Positions 59,729 through 64,000 of a stretch of 64,000 nucleotides of DNA are shown one piece after another (the stretch's first letter is position 1; each line of letters opens with the position of its first letter). The DNA is from an uncultured Chloroflexia bacterium (GTDB lineage Bacteria > Chloroflexota > Limnocylindria > Limnocylindrales > CSP1-4). The notes beneath the pieces were generated by a model. The model did not search any database, was not told the origin of the DNA, and saw only the letters and a list, made by a program, of their open reading frames with translations. The stretch is from NCBI GenBank assembly GCA_963755285.1, contig CAVWJB010000003.1, forward strand, positions 15,005 through 79,004. Reading direction: 5' to 3'. A program made the position numbers and the translations under genes.

Positions 59729-61081
59729 CCGACGCGTCCGCCGGCGGACCTCCCGGCACGCGTCCGACCCCAGCCGGGCTCGTCACCGCTGCCCGACACG
59801 TCGTCCGAGGGCGAAGCGCCGTCCAGCGACCGATCCGATCGTCGGCCGCCCGACCCGTGGCCCGGCGGACCCTGGGAGCGTCGCGAGTACTGGCGACAGC
59901 AGCAGCGCGAGCTGCGCTGGGCGCGGCGTCACCGGACGCACGGTCCGCGCGGTCAGGCGGCGTGGCACGGGGCCGACCGATCGGCTGGCCCACCGTGGGG
60001 CGAGGGTCGGCCACCGTGGGGCGAGGGGCCGAGGCCGGGCACGGGCTGGATCCTTCGGCGAGTCGTGCCGATCGTCATCGGGCTCATCCTCGTCGTCGCC
60101 TTCACGACGGCCGTCGCGGCCTGGGTGATCGCCTCGGTCCTCGGGTTCCTCGGGCCGGATCTCGGCAGCGGCGGCCCGGTCGTCCTCGTGGCCCGGATCG
60201 CGGGGGTCGCGATCGTCGTCGTCGGGCTCTTCTCGATCGCCCGGCGCGTCCGACGGCTCGGCGGCCCGATCGCCGAGCTCGCCGACGCAACGAGCCGGAT
60301 CGAGGCGGGCGACTACACGGTCCGGGTCGAGGAGCCGGACCGGGGTGTCCCGGAGCTCCTCGGGCTCGCTCGCGGCTTCAACACGATGGCGGCGCGCCTG
60401 GAGGCCGACGAGCGCCAGCGCCGATCCCTGATGGCCGACGTGAGCCACGAGCTCCGAACGCCGCTGACCGTGGTCCAGGGCAACATCGAGGCGCTCGTCG
60501 ACGGGGTCCACCCGGCCGACGCCGAGCACCTCGCGGCGATCCTCGAGGAGACCCGCGTCCTGAGCCGGCTCGTCGACGACCTGCGCACGCTGGCCCAGTC
60601 CGAGGCCGGGACGCTCCAGCTCCACCGCGAGCCGACCGACCTGGGCCTGCTGATCGCCGACGTCGCCCGGTCGCTGTCGACGGTGGCCGCGGCGGCCGGA
60701 TCGACGATCGCGATCGAGGCCGTCGACGACCTGCCCCTCGTGGACGTCGACCCGATCCGGATCCGGGAGGTCCTGACCAACCTCGTCGCGAACGCCATCC
60801 GCCACACGCCCGCCGGGACTGCCGTCACGATCGCGGCCCGGATCGAGCCCGACGGCGAGTGGCTCCGGGTGGAGGTCCGCGACAGCGGGCCGGGCCTCGC
60901 CCCGGAGGTCGCCGACCACGTCTTCGACCGGTTCGCCAAGTCGACCGATTCGGGTGGCTCGGGGCTCGGCCTGGCGATCGCCCGGTTCCTCGTCGAGGCG
61001 CACGGCGGCGAGATCGGCCTGGCCAGCCCGCCCGGCGGCGGGACGACCGCCTGGTTCCGGCTCCCGTTGCCGCCGAGCTGA
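59725..61081 (+). CDS. sensor histidine kinase (HAMP + HisKA + HATPase_c); the N-terminal ~110 codons are uncertain, with a probable frame break
   Basis: The core is track ORF 60065..61081. It has 2 TM helices, a HAMP domain (IAELADATSRIEAGDY…LARGFNTMAARL) and the H-box MADVSHELRTPLT. The N-box is LTNLVANAIRHT, followed by DSGPGL and GGSGLGLAI. The same frame is open and protein-like back to the regulator's stop (…PWPGGPWERREYWRQQQRELRW…) but has no start codon. GTG 59725 overlaps the regulator's stop (GTGA) but lies in the -1 frame. Confidence 0.88.
59990..60031 (+). repeat. 2 x 21-nt tandem repeat inside the kinase N-terminal region (encodes PPWGEG twice)
   Basis: ccaccgtggggcgagggtcgg is followed by ccaccgtggggcgaggggccg. 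The first 17 nt are identical. Confidence 0.8.
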
Positions 61082-61111
61082 CCGGCCGCCGGACGCGCTA
61101 CGCTCCGAGCG

Positions 61112-61687
61112 ATGTTCAGCCCACGCGGTTCGATCACGGTCATCACCGGTCCGATGTTCTCGGGCAAGACCGCCGAGCTCATCCGGCAGTGCGAACGCGC
61201 CCGGATCGCCCGACGGCGGGTCGTCCTGATCCGGCCCGCGCTCGACGATCGGACCGAACCGGAGACGGTCCGGAGCCGGTTCGGGGTCGCCTTCCCGGCC
61301 CGCCCGGTGGCCGATTCGGCCGCGATCGAGCCGGTGGTGGCCGAGACCCGGGCCGACGTCGTCGCGATCGAGGAGGGCCAGTTCTTCGACCCGGGCCTCG
61401 TCGCGGTCTGCGAGCGTCTCGCCGATCGTGATCGGATGGTCATCGTCGACGGGCTCAACCGCGACTTCCTCGGACGGCCGTTCGGGCCGATGCCCGAGCT
61501 CCTGGCGATCGCCGAGGAGGTCGTGATGCTGTCGGCCATCTGCATGGTCTGCGGCGAGGAGGCGAGCCGGACGCAGCGCCTCGTCGACGGCCGGCCGGCG
61601 ACGGCGAGCGACCCGCTCGTCGTCATCGGGGGGATGGGCGACGAGCGCTACGAGGCTCGCTGCCGCAAGCACCACGCGATCGGCTGA
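61112..61687 (+). CDS. tdk: thymidine kinase
   Basis: It has the P-loop ITGPMFSGKTAELI and VAIEEGQFF. The zinc-ribbon Cys pairs are ICMVCGEEA and ARCRKHH. Confidence 0.95.
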   Translation: MFSPRGSITVITGPMFSGKTAELIRQCERARIARRRVVLIRPALDDRTEPETVRSRFGVAFPARPVADSAAIEPVVAETRADVVAIEEGQFFDPGLVAVCERLADRDRMVIVDGLNRDFLGRPFGPMPELLAIAEEVVMLSAICMVCGEEASRTQRLVDGRPATASDPLVVIGGMGDERYEARCRKHHAIG

Positions 61688-61705
61688 CCGGCGACCCGGA
61701 CATGG

Positions 61706-61733
61706 GACGACCCCGGCGCGGACCGGGGTCGTC
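61706..61733. terminator. GC-rich hairpin between the convergent tdk and RDD genes
   Basis: GACGACCCCGG-cgcgga-CCGGGGTCGTC forms an 11-bp perfect stem with a 6-nt loop. Confidence 0.5.
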
Positions 61734-61752
61734 GAGGCGAACGACGATCGGG

Positions 61753-62427
61753 TCAGCCGACGGAGCGTGCGGCCTTCACCACCACCGAGTTCGCGTACCG
61801 GTCGTGGAGCCCCTGCTTGGTCGGGCTCGTGGCCGTCGTGTACAGGAGGGCGATCGTCCAGATGAGGCTGATCAGCCCGACGAGGAGCCCGAGCAGCGGC
61901 AACGGGTTGAGGAACTGGGCAAGGGCGAAGATGCCGCCGAGGGCCAGCCAGCGCTTGACGGCCTGCTCGGTCGTCAGGGTCACGCCGTCGAAGGCGTTCC
62001 CGACCTGCATCCCGAGCGCCTTCTGGCCGAGAGTCCCGCGCAACCGCGTCCAGGTGTAGATGTAGTAGCCGGCCGAGATCGCGATCCCGACGACCGCCGA
62101 GACGAAGACCGACAGCCAGTTCGTGCTCGTGTCGATCCGCACGCCGAGGACCGCGTTCGGATCCGCGACGGTCGTCACGTTCGTCGGCGTGCCGATCACC
62201 GCCCAGATGATCACCGACGCGATGAAGCCGATGATGCCGACCAGGATCGCGTCGAGGATCAGCGCGATGATCCGGTTCGGGACGTCGGCGTAGAACAGCC
62301 CGGCGTGGCCAGGAACCTGGGTCGGCGTGGGCGCAGGTGCCCAGGCGTCGCCGGGTGGTGGAGACGCCGGCGGTGGGGCCTCGGGCGGCGGAGCCCCGGG
62401 CGGTGTCCCTGACTCAGGACCGGACAT
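61753..62427 (-). CDS. RDD family membrane protein with a Pro-rich N-terminus
   Basis: It has a PPGAPPPEAPPPASPPPG N-terminus and then YADVPNRIIALILDAILVGIIGF. It ends …KQGLHDRYANSVVV (RDD-type R…D…D residues) and has three TM helices. Confidence 0.82.
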   Translation of the reverse strand: MSGPESGTPPGAPPPEAPPPASPPPGDAWAPAPTPTQVPGHAGLFYADVPNRIIALILDAILVGIIGFIASVIIWAVIGTPTNVTTVADPNAVLGVRIDTSTNWLSVFVSAVVGIAISAGYYIYTWTRLRGTLGQKALGMQVGNAFDGVTLTTEQAVKRWLALGGIFALAQFLNPLPLLGLLVGLISLIWTIALLYTTATSPTKQGLHDRYANSVVVKAARSVG

Positions 62428-62652
62428 ACATGACCCTCCCTCTGGTCGACTCCTGGAGCGATGGTCCAGGATGACGCGCGGTACGGCCAGCAGGATACGC
62501 TCGCCAGGACCGCGCGAACAGGGGTCTTGCGAGATCGATCCGATTCGGCATCGCGGATCGTGCTCGATCGCGGCCGAGGGAACCGTTCGACGACGACCGG
62601 AGTCTCAGGGGGCAACGCCGGCCGGGGGGCCGGCCCCTGCGGAGGTCGTGCG

Positions 62653-63699
62653 ATGCAACGGCGGCACCTCGGGCCCACGACGGCGATCCTCGTCGGCGCG
62701 CTGGCCCTGCTCCTCTCGGCGGGCCCGGCGCTCGCCTGCGGCGGCCTGATCGGGCCCAACGGCGCGGTCAACCTGCTCCGGACGACGACGTTCGTCGGCT
62801 ACCAGGCCGGGGTCGAGCACTACGTCACGGCCTTCTCGTTCGCCGGCGGCGGCGGCACCTTCGGCTCGATCACCCCGCTGCCGGGCATCCCGTCGAGCGT
62901 CGAGCGCGGCGGCGACTGGACGCTGCAGCGGCTGGTCCGCGAGACGCAACCCGTCGCGGAGGCCGCCGACTTCCTGCTCGCGCAGCCGGCCGCGGCCGGT
63001 GGCGTCGAGGTCCTGCTCCAGAAGCGGATCGACGCGCTCGACATCACCGTGCTCAAGGGCGGCGGCGATGACGTCGGGGCGTGGGCCAAGGCCCACGGGT
63101 TCCGGCTCCCGCCCGACGCTCCCGAGGTCCTCGACTTCTACGCCGAGCGGAGCCCGATCTTCCTCGCCGCCAGCTTCGATGCCGACGCTGCGGCCGCCCG
63201 CGGCCAGGCGATCGGCGACGGAACGCCGATCCACCTGACGATCCCGACACCGAACCCGTGGGTCCCGCTCCGGATCCTCGGCCTCGGCAAGTCCGACGCC
63301 GACCGGGTCGAGGCGGACGTCTACCTGTTGACGAACGGCGATCCGACGTTCCTGCCGGCGCCGACCGGCCGCGGCCTGACCCTGGCCCACTCCGCCCCGG
63401 CGACCGACCTCCTGCTCGGCGACCTGCGCGCCGACAAGGGCATGGACTGGATCCCGGCCAGCGGCTGGCTGAGCCAGATCCGGATCGACGCCGCGCCGTC
63501 CGAGCTGAGCTACGACCTGGCCGTCGACGCCAGCGGCCAGGGCGCGCCGTCCCGGGTCGCGGCCGGGCTGGCCCGGCCGACCGGGTCGACCGGGCCGTCG
63601 GCGCCGGCCGGGCCGTTCCTGCTCCTGATCGCCGCGTATCTCGCCGGTGCCGCCATCGTCATCGCCCGGCTCCGCCGACGGCCGGTCGCGGCGTCGTGA
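62653..63699 (+). CDS. DUF2330-like secreted protein with a C-terminal membrane anchor
   Basis: This is the internal ATG 62653 of ORF 62461..63699, with GGAGG 7 nt upstream. It begins MQRRHLGPTTAILVGALALLLSAGPALACGGL, the signal peptide plus ACGG start typical of DUF2330. It has a C-terminal TM (FLLLIAAYLAGAAIVIA) followed by RLRRR. Confidence 0.7.
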   Translation: MQRRHLGPTTAILVGALALLLSAGPALACGGLIGPNGAVNLLRTTTFVGYQAGVEHYVTAFSFAGGGGTFGSITPLPGIPSSVERGGDWTLQRLVRETQPVAEAADFLLAQPAAAGGVEVLLQKRIDALDITVLKGGGDDVGAWAKAHGFRLPPDAPEVLDFYAERSPIFLAASFDADAAAARGQAIGDGTPIHLTIPTPNPWVPLRILGLGKSDADRVEADVYLLTNGDPTFLPAPTGRGLTLAHSAPATDLLLGDLRADKGMDWIPASGWLSQIRIDAAPSELSYDLAVDASGQGAPSRVAAGLARPTGSTGPSAPAGPFLLLIAAYLAGAAIVIARLRRRPVAAS

Positions 63700-64000
63700 G
63701 CCTCCGGGCGGGCCTCCTGCGCGGCGGGCTCGCGATCGGGCTGCCGCTCCTCCTCGCCCCGGCCGTGGCGGCCGGGGCCGCCGGGGCCCTGGGCGGCGGC
63801 GGGCCGATCCACGTCCGGATCGAGATCCATCACTCGCACTTCGCCCCGGCCGCGTTCAGCGTCCCCGTCGGCCGTCCGGTCGCGATCGAGCTGGTCAACG
63901 ACGACCCGATCGACCACGAGTGGATCGTGGGCGACGAGGCGACCCACCGTCGCCATGCGACCGGGACCGAGCCGCACCACGGTCTCCGCCCGACGGAGGT
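63696..64000 (+). CDS. cupredoxin-like domain protein, 5' part (runs off the right window edge)
   Basis: My own translation from GTG 63696 (a GTGA overlap with the upstream stop) is MSLRAGLLRGGLAIGLPLLLAPAVAAGAAG…PIHVRIEIHHSHFAPAAFSVPVGRPVAIELVNDDPIDHEWIVGDEATHRRH. The pattern F.P..F.V..G..V...L.N.D...H resembles small cupredoxin-fold proteins. It is not in the ORF track because there is no stop in the window. Confidence 0.55.
   Translation, partial: MSLRAGLLRGGLAIGLPLLLAPAVAAGAAGALGGGGPIHVRIEIHHSHFAPAAFSVPVGRPVAIELVNDDPIDHEWIVGDEATHRRHATGTEPHHGLRPTE

Noticed and set aside
59990-60031. The 21-nt direct repeat, and other short GC-rich repeats (the GCCGAGCCG runs at 14400-14460 and the GGCTGGGG-type repeats at 58730-58760), considered as a CRISPR array or regulatory repeats.
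   Set aside because: There are only two adjacent units with no spacers. All lie inside open reading frames and translate into low-complexity peptide repeats (PPWGEG, AEP, GWGPG). No cas genes are present.

Overview
This is a very GC-rich, densely coding chromosomal segment; almost every third codon position in the credible genes is G or C. Gene content looks like a high-GC Gram-positive (Actinobacteria-like) soil bacterium. It includes the 5' part of a cytochrome b gene, an HtrA / ECF sigma / anti-sigma cluster, MurJ, an LCP protein, thymidine kinase and an OmpR/histidine-kinase pair. There are also two TetR regulators and one PadR regulator, an ABC-2 exporter, three MFS-type transporters, an M14 carboxypeptidase and many glycoside hydrolases (GH1, GH2, GH18, GH36, a debranching-enzyme-like protein). 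I recognised no rRNA, tRNA, CRISPR array, transposase, integrase or phage gene. The long Arg/Pro/Gly-rich ORFs in the supplied track are mostly antisense or out-of-frame shadows of the real genes. Points worth a second look: (1) a ~1260-aa helical-repeat + CHAT (caspase-like) protein sits directly behind two small all-transmembrane proteins, an architecture that fits none of the described CHAT systems I know. (2) About 15 well-supported and 3 tentative reading-frame breaks occur in about a dozen otherwise recognisable genes; most behave as single extra bases and several are clustered, so this is either assembly indels or gene decay. (3) A ~1.1 kb tandem duplication of a beta-helix/multi-TM protein gene has a second copy carrying two 1-nt insertions. 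(4) MurJ carries an extra TM helix and a C-terminal papain/C39-like domain. (5) Two matching palindromic operators flank a TetR gene, and several promoters appear leaderless. All family names come from motif recognition by eye; no database search was run.
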